Positions 35,521-47,037 of a stretch of 64,000 nt of DNA are shown piece after piece. Both the position numbers and the translations under genes were made by a program. The stretch lies in contig QPMI01000434.1 in NCBI GenBank assembly GCA_004431415.1, forward strand, positions 310,001 through 374,000. Direction: 5' to 3'. Source of the stretch: Cyanophora paradoxa CCMP329. Taxonomy: Eukaryota > Plantae > Glaucophyta. The notes under the pieces were generated by a model. That model worked only from the letters and a program-made list of their open reading frames with translations. It was not told the origin of the DNA and did no database searches. The stretch's first letter is position 1; every line of letters begins with the position of its first letter.

Positions 35521-37355
35521 CTAGAAGGGGCGCGGCCGCTGCTCCCTCCGATCTTGGTGGGGTCGCATGGGGCCGGGGGCCCCACTGGGGGCGCCAGAGG
35601 GAGGAGGGGGTCCGTTGGAAGGGTGTCCGCTGGGCGGGGGTCCGTTGGGAGGGGCGGAGGCGGAGAAGACGAACGGGGGCTGTGAAGGTTGGGAGGCGGC
35701 GTCGCCAGACGGAGGGTTGGGAGGCGTGGGCGAAGGGCCGGTACGCGGGGCTGGGGCTTGGACGGGTCTGGAGGGGGAGCTGGAGGGATGGGGCTGGGGG
35801 GCGGCAAGGGACTGGGCGGCGGCCTGTGGAGGGTGCGACGAGCGCCCACCGCCACTCGAGCCCGCCTGAGATCCATCGGACGGAGGGGGCGCCTGTCCCG
35901 GAGCTCCGCCGCCAGGCTGCTTCGCGGCGCGAAGCGGGCCCGGTTCAGGCAACACGAATGTGGAGAGCACGAAAAGGGCCCGGTATTATCACCCACTCTA
36001 GAAAGGACCCGGGAGTCGGAACTCATCGAAAAACAGCAAACAAGAATGCCGCGATTAAGGCGGCGAATTCAGGAGGGGCGCGTCTGCTGGCGTCCTTGGA
36101 TGCGGATCGCAGCAGCGTGACGGGATCGGGTTCAACCCAACCCGTCCCAAGAAAGGGTCTCTGGGAAGAGAACCCACCGTTTGCCCGTGACCCGGCCCCC
36201 CCTGTCCGCTCTCGTACAGATCAAGGATCTGATTGCTAATGTCTGCAGGCGCCAGTCAGCACCAGCGTGGGCGGGCGCAGCACGACGGGGAGAGGACAAG
36301 CGCACTTTTCATTTCGTCCATCTTCGCGTCAAACATTTGCCACCATGGCGGCCCTTGGCTGTTTTGGCCGTTCTGCAGGTTGATCCGCAGGAACTTGGCC
36401 GCCAGGTAGATAGCCGCCGCCGCGATGATCCGAGGTGCAAACTGCAGGCACAAAGATGTCCGGAAACTGCGCGATGTTGAAGGTCAGATGTGAAACTTGA
36501 CCAAGCTTCGCGAGTGACTGTGCTCTACCTGTCGTTCACGAAGTTCCAAGCAACCTGTGCCAGCTCCTTCGTGCCTGAGGCGTTCAAATAAGTCGAAGAA
36601 ACAGAGCGCGTCATACATGGCACGCGTGGCGCACCGTCTATCTTCTTTACGTACGCCAGAAGGTGTTTGTACGGATGTTCTACGGTCAAATCGAACGCGA
36701 TCGTCTGCAGGAGCACGCGCTCCGTGATGAGGACCTTTTCCTTGAGCTCCCAGAACTCCTGCAATGACGTTAAGCCCAAAGCGCACAGCGAAGTGCCCCG
36801 CGATGGCGCGGACCTGACTTTCCGGCTTCAACTCCTGATGACTCTTGGGGAGCGTCTTGTTCCGCACTTGATAGGTAATGGATATCACATCCTTAAGCTT
36901 CTTGGGCGTTTCTTCCACTTTGCCAGCCAAAAAAAGGCAAGTGGTGCCCACAATCTTCATGGGGCTCACGTGAGACCACCGTATGCCGCGAGCGGCATGG
37001 CAGACTCACAAAGCGATCATGCGCCTTGAAAGACTGCCTAATGAAGAACCGGTGGAAGAAGACTATCGCTGTTGCTATGGTGATCTGAGGCCTGCGCAAC
37101 GTGGTCAGCAACTCCTCAAGGCGAGCTATTTGCGCTCCGATGCAAGGGTGAAAACACTCACAACCGCAGTTTCTGTCCCGAATCGGACATAAACGCGCAG
37201 GTCGTCCGACGATACTGGATCTCGATCGTCTCACTGATGCCATCCCGCCGCGAGGGCGACTGTTGAAGCTCCTCCTTAGAAAAATACCATCGAGCGGACC
37301 GTGCATCGGCTGGCCCGGGAACAGGCGAAGCCGATGCCGCCGATTGCGTGGCCAT
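35521..37355 (-). CDS. Transcriptional cyclin (cyclin K/T family) with a Pro-rich tail
   Basis: WYFSKEEL..SPSRRDGI, IATAIVFFHRFF, CLFLAGKVEETPKKLKDV, ERVLLQTIAFDLTVEHPY, AWNFVND. Confidence 0.93.
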
Positions 37356-37640
37356 TCGCCTGACTCACGCGAACCTCCCGCCACTCGCGAGCCTTTCGCG
37401 CACACCCGACCTCCGAACTCTGTCGGTGCCGAGTCCAGCCTCTCTGAAGAGAGCGGACGGGCGGCGCAAGGCCAAGGCCACACCTTTGCGAGTGTGCCCG
37501 CCGGGCCGCCGAATCCTAACACTCCATGCGAAGAGTGCTGTCCGGAAAGGTAGATTATGGCGCCGGCTGGTCGCCGGAGACGGAGCAGGCTGCAGCTGAA
37601 CTAGACAATGTGTACCCCCCCCTCGACACACACGTGCAAA

Positions 37641-37781
37641 GAATTACGATAGCAAATGTTCTATATATAAGCTTAAGAAGTACCGTAGTACGACCAGATC
37701 AATCAATTACGATTCGATGACCATCAAGAATTACGACCAGCGCTGGCCGCAGAGCTAGCCAGCGAGACAAGAATTACGACC
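37641..37781 (+). repeat. Cluster of four AATTACGA words with unique spacers
   Basis: AATTACGA at about 37642, 37705, 37729 and 37772. Confidence 0.7.
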
Positions 37782-38591
37782 ACCATCAGGATCTCTTGCG
37801 GTAGAGCCAAGCCAAGCTCTAAGATCTAAGCTCCAAGATCCACATGTACAAGACACCGCCCAAGGTCTACCGAGCACTGCGGCAGCGACCCGAGACCTCC
37901 ACATGCAGTTTAAGAATTGCGCGGCAGAAGCCGGTAGTCTGACACAAAACCCGAAGTCTGATAAGAACTATACGAATACGATCAGAATCGAACTATAAGA
38001 ACTCCTCCGTCGTCGCCTGTGGGCCCCGACGCGGCAGGCCCCTCTAGCCCCTCGTCGGCCCCATCGTAGTTTGTAGGAACCCCAGGGGGAAGTTGCGCGC
38101 CCCCCTTCAGAGGGCCCTGCCTGCGTCGTCCGCGGCTTCTCGCCCCCGTAGTTAGCACCGCCGCTTCTAGCCTGCGTTGTCCGCGGCTGGTATGCCAGTG
38201 CTATCAATGTGCAGATGTGTGACATTAATATTCATATGCAATGTGCATCTGCGCTATGCATATGACCAAGATCCAGAGGCCAACGCGAGTCTACTCCAGA
38301 GCTCGAGGTCATGATCAACGCGGATAATGCATGCATATGCCGCATGCGCAGTGCATGCCAAAGAAGGCTAGCGCTGAACCACGTGCAAGTGTGCACGTGC
38401 ACGTCACGGCAAGCATCGACTTCAGATCTAGCTAGATAGAGTTTACTTTACTAGTAGCCGTGTCTCGATCGACGCTTGGCCATGGCCATGGGACGCACTC
38501 ACGTGATTATTTACAATCTTACAATGACTTACATGTCTTACATGTCTTGGAATACACAGATTCTTGAACGTGAACACAGGTGGCCGGGAAA

Positions 38592-41222
38592 TCAACTGGC
38601 GATCCCAGCAAGGTGGTCGATGATGAGCTGGAAGCCCTCGAGGTTGGCCATGTTCCTCGAGCACACGGCTTTGCAGAGGGCCGGCATGTCCGTCTGGAGG
38701 TCCGGCGACAAGTGAGTGTGTGGACGAAAGGACTCACAGCACCATGGGACATCACCTCAAGCGAGAGGTGACGGGAGAGGAACAGGAGAAGATGGAAGTC
38801 AGAAATCCTCTCAACATACGGTCTGCAGTTTGGAGTTACAGACAGGGGAAAGGCACGAAAAAGAGTGATACTCTCAGCACACTTCCGTGAGTTATTAATG
38901 AGGTGGATCTGGGGAAAAGAACATGAGAGGTTTGAAAACTGAAAAAAAGTGGAGACAGCACCTTGAGATCAGACTTGGCAAGTGGATGGCGCCTGTTTTC
39001 AATCGGAAATTCGGTTGAAAGATGGCTTCGGTGGTCTCGAATCGGCAGCTACCGGATAAATTGTGAGTGATTATCTACGAGCTCAAAACTCATAGACTTG
39101 CAAGGCGCTCACCGTCACAAGGAAGAAGGAAGTGTCAACCTGCATGGCATCCGCGCGTTCAACAATCACCGGCTCTCGTGTGAGGACCACTTTGGGGTCA
39201 TCATGTGAAGCAACGAGGTAATTGTGCTTGTATAAGTCAATACACTGGTCTGACAGCTGGAAGGCCTCGAAAGAGTAAGCCTTCTCCTTCGTTTCTACGG
39301 GAAACGGTAAGGAGCACCAAACAATAAAAAGGTTCCAAAACTGGGCACCGAAGCACACGAGGGTGACAAAGTGCTTGCCGAATTTAGCCGACAGTTCTGC
39401 TCCCTTGATGACCTCATCTGATGCCATTGAATAGTTGCGGTGGGGATGGGTAAAAATCCACCCGACCTTCGCAAGAATAAGCTCAGATGAAGATGCAAAA
39501 CAGCTATGACTGCAGAGAGTAGCAAATAAATGCCGTACCGGCCGCATCCCCAGGAGAGCCGCAAGCGCTTCCACCTTGGAGAATTCGGGGTCGTCCTTGA
39601 AATGAATCTTGTCTTTCGTGCCAGCCTGGCATGTGCTGTCAGCAGATGGCGACGTTGATCAAGACGACAAATGTTTAAGAAAACATACTTGTGGTGGCTC
39701 GTAGATTGCATCCACCTTGACAGTTGAGTCCGCCTCGGAATAACTGCCGAAGCAGATGCCCACACGCCTCTCTGCAAAACGGATCTCCTGCAGGTACGCC
39801 TACGAGAGAATGTCAGATCGACTGAACAGAAGATCGTAGTCCATGCCAACCTGGAAGTGGTTTGCTGCACTGTAATCAATGGAGACACCAGCTACGTTAG
39901 CATAGTCCTGAGGGAGGAGTGAAAACGGAAGTATTCTGCAAGATGATGCGGTATCTACGAACCTGCGACTTGATCCGTGGCTTCCGTGCTTCTTCAACAG
40001 TCATACACTCAATGCAGGAACCATGGGGCCCTGAGGAATATCAGCAGAACACAGCAAAAAACACAAGCATAGACGACGAATGAACAGACCATGATTACGA
40101 CATCTACGCAAAACGGGCTTCCCCTCTTCTTGCTCCTTTGGCAGGCAGTTCTCGCACATTCCCTTTGGACCGTGGGTGCACGCTCGCTTCGGCACTTTAT
40201 CGGCGGGAGCACCCTGCGGAGTGGAACCTCGAATCAGCATTCGGTGCTTTGTTTCGAAGACGAGCAACGCACAATAGGCTTGTCACCGGCCTTCGGTTCG
40301 TCCTTCTCGTCGTCGACACAGTTGGGGCAGACCATATTTGCAGGGTGGGTGCACGGAGGCTTCTTGGCGGCCCACTTCTTTGTGATCTTGATACAATTCG
40401 GGCACTTTGCGCCTGGCCCGTGCTTGCAGAGCCACTCGATCTTTTTACCTGCATAATCTCGGTCATGAACTTCAGACCTCTAGCCAGAGCTCGCATACCT
40501 GTGGCAGTGGAGTTCATGCAGTTCGGGCATATTGCGCCCGCCCCATGCAGGCATTTCTTCTTCCCCTCCGCAGCATCCGGCCCCGTTGCCGGAAGGCAGT
40601 GAACGCACTTCGCCCCAGGACCATGGATGCACCTAAGAAAGCGCTTGAGACTCGCCCACAGCACGCGAAACTCGAATTCAACGCACCGTTTCACGGACCC
40701 GGGCGCTTCTGGAGCCGCCGCGACCGGCTGTGCGGCAGCGCTGGTTGAGCCTTGGCCCGCAGCTGGTGCGGCGGACGACGGCCCCGCGGCGCTGCCCGAC
40801 GCGGGGCGCTCGAGTCGCCCGCCGACGGTGGAAGTGACGTGGATCATATCTCCATGCCTGAGCGCACGCTTGAGCTGCCCTTCACGTGCGCGAATCGCAC
40901 ATCGTACTTCATCTTATAGTGGTCCACAGACTTCGTGTCATCCCGGAAGGTCTCCAGGCCCGCAGGGTCTCGCGCGAGCACGATGTCATTGGCCGACACG
41001 TTGATGAGAGCTGAGAGCTGCAGCGGCACACGATGCGTCAGAGCATCTGAACCACCATTCGAAGGAGAGTGCCAGCGACTCGCCTTCTTCTTGACGTTAT
41101 ACAGCGGCTCCGCAGGCTCCACCTCAATACGCTGGATGCCCTCGCGCGTCCTGATGCGCAGGAGCTGCTCGCAGGTCAGCCTTCGGCGCGCACCGCGCGG
41201 GCTCGCGCACTGCCGCCGGCAT
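38592..41222 (-). CDS. NPL4: NPL4 (Cdc48/p97 cofactor) with an expanded C-x-H-x5-C-x2-C zinc-finger region
   Basis: LLRIRTREG ubiquitin-like N-terminus, AIYEPPQ, VGWIFTH, FVT, FEAFQLSDQC, FFLV motifs. Confidence 0.88.
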
Positions 41223-41233
41223 TCTCGCTTGCA

Positions 41234-41255
41234 ATTGAACAAACTCGGCCTGTGA
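41234..41255 (-). promoter_or_regulatory. Second copy of the 22-nt motif TCACAGGCCGAGTTTGTTCAAT, 12 nt upstream of the NPL4 ATG
   Basis: Exact match to 16242-16263. Confidence 0.5.
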
Positions 41256-41351
41256 CACGCGTCTACGGGTACAGCACACACTACGTGCATACGGCACGAC
41301 TGTCGACGTCGACGCTGTGAACAAAGGGTCGGGAGAGTCCTGGGGAACGGA

Positions 41352-41444
41352 GCCCCTCTATCCGGTCCATGCGATAACCGGCGCCGCACAAGACTGTGGG
41401 CGGAAGAGGTTGGCCATTGGTGGCCAACCAACCGGAGGGAGAGC
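41352..41444 (-). ncRNA. Candidate omegaRNA scaffold of Fanzor A
   Basis: About 45 nt after the Fanzor stop; perfect 9-bp hairpin GGTTGGCCA-CCAA-TGGCCAACC plus CCGC..ACA/TGTGCGG and CCGGTT/GACCGG stems; starts GCTCTC like family A. Confidence 0.45.
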
Positions 41445-41489
41445 TAGCGCTAGCGCTATAGCTAGCGCTAGCTAGCTATCATAGTATAG

Positions 41490-41943
41490 CTAAAACTGCA
41501 GGCGCTGCCTCTTCGCTGGGGACGGGGCCGCCGACGAGGAGCCGGCCGCCTCCGGGTCCGGATCCGGTGCGGGGTCCGGGGCTCGAGCTGGCATGTCGAC
41601 GGACGGCACCGGGGCCTGCGCATGCACAAAAACGTTTATCCGGTCAAAGAAACGTTTATCCGGTCAAAGAAACGTGCAAAAACGTCTCTGACTGCGCACC
41701 GTCCGTGCACCGGCAGCCCCAACGACGTCCAGCGGAGGGGCACACCCGTCAGCGTCGTCCACACCCGAGGCCACCCGAAGCATGATGTTCCTGCGAGCGA
41801 TGTACACGCAGCGTGAGGGGCAGGAAAACTGGGGCCCCCGGCCGGCGCGTGCACACGCACCGAGCCCCGTTGAAGTCGCGGTCCATGATCGCCCGGCACG
41901 CCGGGCAGCGGAAGACCTTGTTGCCCCGAAGCTTGCTGTGGAT
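41490..41943 (-). pseudogene. Fanzor/TnpB-like nuclease C-terminal fragment A (2 introns, NLS-like C-terminus, 5'-truncated)
   Basis: Spliced IHSKLRGNKVFRCPACRAIMDRDFNGAR^NIMLRVASGVD...PSPAKRQRLQF*; GT-AG introns at 41791-41860 and 41616-41699. Confidence 0.85.
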
Positions 41944-42352
41944 GAATTACGACCAGCTAAGAATTACGACCAGCTAAGAATTACGACCAGCTGCAGGGAG
42001 CTAGCCGGCATTTATATATAATTACGATCAGAGCTAAGCAAAGAAGTTGAAGATTACGATGCTCGGAATCACATGAATTATAATTACGATGCTCGCAATT
42101 ACGATCCTTCTCTAGACCTGCCTTGAGCGCAGGGGCGCATGCGGGAGAGGAAAAGTAGGGGGAATTACGATGCTTGCAACTGGAATTACGACGCTCGCTT
42201 AAGCTTTGGGGGGAATTACGATTCACCTAGACCTGCATGCCGGCGCCGTGGATTTACGATCGTCTAGAGAAGACTGAGAAGACGACTGAGAAGAATTACG
42301 ATTTCGATCGCCTATCGCCCGCAATTACGATCATCGGATGCCCGGAATTACG
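41944..42352 (+). repeat. Array of about 14 (A)ATTACGA words with mostly unique spacers
   Basis: Three 17-nt tandem units GAATTACGACCAGCTAA, then about 11 further words, all on the same strand. Confidence 0.8.
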
Positions 42353-42663
42353 TTCTTTGCTTAAGCTTGATCTAAGCGCGCCGAAGCTCCCCTGGCGTTC
42401 TCCGGTTCCCCTGCAGAGGCCGCGGCCGCAAGTTTCGACGAACTTCGGAAACTGCGTACGCCCGCCCTGCTCAGGTGAGCCCGTTGCCACGATTCACACT
42501 AGCTAGCGACCTCATGATCAATTGCACTAGCTAGCGACCTCAATTGCAATTGCAAAGCAGCCGGTCCGCTAGACGGACCGGTCCGCCAGATCTAGACTCT
42601 CAGAGTCTGTTTGCCTTGCCAGCAGTTGCCAAGTTGCCAATTGCAAGTTGGTCTCCTGCTACC

Positions 42664-42745
42664 TGCATTTGGACATGTACACGAAATCAAGTCGTCAAGT
42701 CCGGGCTACAAGTGTGGGATGTACACTGCGGCCGCCGCAGCCGCC
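42664..42745 (+). repeat. Family-B dispersed repeat, copy 3
   Basis: TGCATTTGGACATGTAC..CAAGTCCGGGCTACAAGTGTGGGATGTACACTGCGGCCGCCGCAGCCGC. Confidence 0.8.
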
Positions 42746-42904
42746 GCAGTGTGTACGTATACGTAACTGCAGAAGGGAAGACGCCTGCGTACCCGTCCGA
42801 ACCCGGTACAGAACTCCTGGGGGGGGAGAAGGTGACACCCCGGTACAGCATAGTCTAAAAAACCTAATACAGGAGCAGCACCGCCGCGCCGTCGTCTCGA
42901 CAAG

Positions 42905-43963
42905 ATGGCGCTCGCCCAATCGCCTCAGCTTGCGCAACAACGACACCCAGAGCAGCATCAGCAGCACCTCATCGCCCAGCCGCAGCAGCTAAGGCCCCCC
43001 GCGGTTAGCACACCGCGCCGGCCCCGCTCCCTCTCAGCACTGTGCGTGCCGGCGAGTCCCATGCCGGTGCGAGCGCTCCCGATGCGCCGCAGCGCCTGCG
43101 GTTCTGGTTTGACCAGTCTTCAGATGAGTGATGTTGCACTCGATCCACCCCGGCGGCCAAGTGTGGCACGCAAACTGCTCTTGCCGCGAGAAAGAGTGGC
43201 ATCTAAGCGCAGCTACAGCAGCTCATGCATCGCTGTAAGCTCGCCGGACACTCCGAGCCAGTTGCTGTCTCGCCTGGGCAAGGTCGGCGCTCTTAGCTAA
43301 AGGGCAAGGTCGGCTCTCTGACCTGATCTGCAGCGCCTGTGCATCTCCGGACTGGAGGCCCTCCCCTCCCGCACTTGCAGAGAAGGATCGTGGGACGAGG
43401 AAGATATCCGCAGGTGCAGCCGCACAATGCTATGAGCTTTTGTGTGCTTCGATGCTGATCTACTCCGCGGCAGTGTTTTGAGCTCGCGGAGCTCCTGCCC
43501 GGATACCTCCCCAACGTCGTCCTCGCTGAACTCACTCGATGTCTCCCCGCTCGGTGGCCTACCGTCGATCTCCTCCAGCCTTTCAACGCTCTCCAGACTC
43601 GCTTCCACCGTTGCTTCCTGTCTTATCTCGTCCGAGAGCACCGGCGCAAGCATCGCCCTGCTCAACAGTGTGCTCCGCGTGCTCTTCCAGGCGGACGAGT
43701 TGATTGCGCACTCGTTTTCTGCAATCAGCACTTCTGTGGCAGAACTGCTTCCTCCCCTTCCGCAAGTCGAACTCGGCCCCGGCCAGCTCCACAACACCTT
43801 GAACAGCACCATCTCGTCCCTCGTCTTGCGTCTCCAGCTCTTCAACACCATGCCTTCCACTTCCCTCTCTGCATCAAACCCGTCAGCTCAGAAGGATTTG
43901 AACGAGGCTCACTCCTGCTTGTCTCATGCCCTCTTCCTGCTCAAGTCAAACCCCTTCTTGTGA
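42905..43963 (+). CDS. Hypothetical Ser/Leu-rich protein
   Basis: Open frames 42905-43300 and 43442-43963 with intron-like breaks; no recognisable domain. Confidence 0.45.
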
Positions 43964-44220
43964 GGCGCCTTCAGCCGCTTTTAGGGTGGTGCCTCTAGCA
44001 GGCAAAGCGCCCTCTTCTTTTTCTAGTTAGCTAGCAAATGGACACGAACTAACTCACAGTTAGCTGGGCAGCCTAGTTCCCAAGTAGCCAACGCGGGTAG
44101 GATAGTCCGACTGTCAGCAGGCAGATAGAATCCCCTTTCCGAGTCCCTTTTTCAGCCAGATGCAATTCCGTAATTTATCTGGATCCCGTCCCCAGTGGTC
44201 ATACTGCACAACCCCAATCG

Positions 44221-44653
44221 TCATGACAGAAAAGTGGTCAGACGGCCATCATGTACAATTACAGGAAGAATTACAGGACTGAGGAGTACAGCATCAGGGT
44301 GAAAAAGCCAAGGCCTTCTAAACTTGAAAACATAGCCGCTGTACAAAAGTTGAAGGCCCGGCCCCTGCTGTGCATCAAGACTTGACAGATCAGACACATA
44401 CGCATCGAAGGCCTGCTGTGCATCAAGACTGCTTGTGTCCGAGGAGGGCATCGAAGTGCGTGCACGAAGATCAGAAGTCACATCGTCCTCGCTCCGCCAC
44501 AGGCTCGTGATTGTCTTGGTCTTCGTGAAGAACATCATTCCTGGCGTTACGTGTGGGTGTGAGGCTTGGCCGGGACGGGGGGAGGGAGGGGGCGGAAGGG
44601 GGGAGAGGGGGGAGAGGGGGAAGGGAAAGGAGGGGAAGGGGGGGGGGGGGGGG

Positions 44654-44689
<36 letters not shown>

Positions 44690-46890
44690 GGAGAAAGAGA
44701 GAGGGGGGGGGGGGGGGGCGCACCCTGCTTTCCGTAGAAGTGCAGGTCGCCACGAATGGAGCCCCGGGAGCCCGTGAAAGAGAAGAAGGGGAGCGCCACG
44801 GGATGGGGACGTTCACGCCCACCTGCGACCGCGACTCGTCTTCGGACCAAAGCCGACTGCATGCCTGGCAAGGGGTAGAACCGGACCTGGCCCGCGTCCA
44901 CCTCGTGCTGGAACTTGCGGGCCGTGGCGCCGCTGCGGGTGAAGATCGCGGTGCCGTTGCCATACGGGTTTGCGTTGATGATCCCGATCGCCTCATCGAT
45001 CTGCAAGTACCTCAGCTCGGCAAAACTTCGAGAAAGGGAGCCCGCCGCACTGTATCGGCTCTCATAACGCAAAGAACAGGTCCGAAGATCTGGAGGAAAG
45101 TCAGCAGGGCAGAAACCGGGGGTGGCCAGGGCAGCGGGCGCCTCCTCCGTGTAACACTCCATCGAAGGCGTGACGTTCGCGAGGATTGTGGGGCCCACGA
45201 AGTTGCCCCGCTCGTAGCCCGGCACGACCACGCCGCGGCCGTCGAGGGCAAGCGTTGCGCCGGCCTTGACGCCCCCCTCAACAAGGTCGCTCACCCGCTT
45301 CTTCGCCTCGGGCGAGATGAGCGGGCCGACGTCTGCCTCGGGCTCGTGGCCGGCGTTGACGCGCAGGGCCTTAGCGCGCTGTGAAGTTTTGAAGGGTCAG
45401 TCAGGTCAGTTCCAGCATGAAAACAAGGGGCAGCATTCGAGCACCTGAACGAGCTCAGGAAGCCAGGATTGAGCCTCGCCAACTAGAATAAGCGTCGAGA
45501 GTGCCATGCAGCGCTGCCCGGCCGCCCCGAACGCCGCCCCCACGACCGCGTTCAGCGCCTGCTCCCGGTTCGCGTCCGGCATGATCACGCCGTGGTTCTT
45601 GGCTCCGAGGTTGGCCTGCACACGCTTGCCCGTGGCCGTCCCGCGCGCGAAGATATGTTCCCCGGCCTTGTTCCCGCCCACAAACGAGATCGCCTTGATG
45701 TCAGGCGCGTCGCAGATGAAGTTCACTGCGTCCTGCGCCCGAACTCTGTACAGGGCGTACGGAGGGCTACAGAGGGCCGCGTCTCGTACGTGGGTCCCGT
45801 GGATGATGTTGAGGACCCCCGGGGGCAGGCCCGCCTCCGCGGCCAGCCGCGCGAGCAGCATCGACGTGTTCGGCACCCGCTCCGAGGGTTTCAGCACGAA
45901 CGTGTTGCCCGTCGTGACCGCCATCGGGAACATCTGCATTCTCGACTCAAGAGCGACCGTGAGAGGAAGCCAAGAGCGACCGCACCCAGAGTGGAATCAT
46001 GGCGGGAAAGTTGAAAGGCGCTTGGGAGAGGGCGGCGTCAGCAGCGCCGCCCTACGCATTAAGAACGCAGCGCACCGATGCCAGCGCAGACCCCCAGCGG
46101 CTGGCGGTAGCTGTACGTGTCCATGTTCCGGCTCACGTTCTCGACCGTCTCGCCCATTGACATTGAAGACATGCCGCACGCCACCTCGACCACCTCTGCA
46201 CGAGCTCGGGCCGTGAGAAGGTGCATGCGCGAGCGAAACCGGTGCCCGAACGCGCACCGAGACCGCGGGTCACGTCTCCGCGAGCGTCCGCGAGGGTCTT
46301 CCCCTGTTCCTTAGTTACGCAGGCGGCCAGCTCGTCCTGCAACGGGCTGAGCGCGCGTACGCCAATACAGAGAGCATCCACACCAGCCTCAGCGGACCAT
46401 ATTTTGACGGATGAGTTGCTGCAAGTTGAACATGACGCGCGCGCGAGCCATTATGGGCACTTCATGCCATGTCTTGAACGCCTCCTTCGCCGCCGCTACC
46501 GCCGACTCCATCTCTGCCTTCGTGCTGATCGGAACGCGGGAAACGACTTCCTGCGTCGCCTGCGGGAAGAGAAACGGCGGGCGCATGCAAATCAAACCCT
46601 TCGTTGTGTGCGCAGGCGTGCAGGAACGGCGGGCGCAGGAGAGCGCAGAGCACACTGGGTTGTGTACGTCGATGTACTGCGTTGCCCTGGACTCGACGAA
46701 CTCATTGTTGATGAAGAGCTTCAGAGTAGGCTGCGCGGGCAAGCTGGTTCACTTGCACGCAGGCTCTTGTCAAGCAGAGGGGACGTACGGGGCTGGCCGG
46801 CGCCGCCTTTGCCACCGCAGCCGTCGCCATCCGCTTGGAGATGAGCACGGCGCAGGTCAAGCGGCTCTTCGCGCGGGCGCAGGTGTACAT
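44221..46890 (-). CDS. ALDH6A1: Methylmalonate-semialdehyde dehydrogenase (mitochondrial)
   Basis: [79 protein letters not shown]; both ends uncertain. Confidence 0.93.
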
Positions 46891-47037
46891 GTCAGGCTGC
46901 CGTTCGAATTGGGCGCCGAGCTCGCGGCTGCCCGGCCGCAGCTGGAGAGGTCCGGTCCTATAAAGGAGTGTACCCGTCGATCGAGCGCACCGCTGCGCAC
47001 GGCTGCGCACCGCTGCGCACTGTTGGACAGCTACGAG

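Noticed and set aside
41265-41274. 10-nt match ACGGGTACAG between the Fanzor A downstream region and family A
   Set aside because: Short, and in the opposite orientation relative to the ORF; compatible with chance
41944-42352. CRISPR array interpretation of the ATTACGA array
   Set aside because: The repeat is only 7-9 nt, spacer lengths are irregular, and there are no cas genes; kept only as an unexplained array
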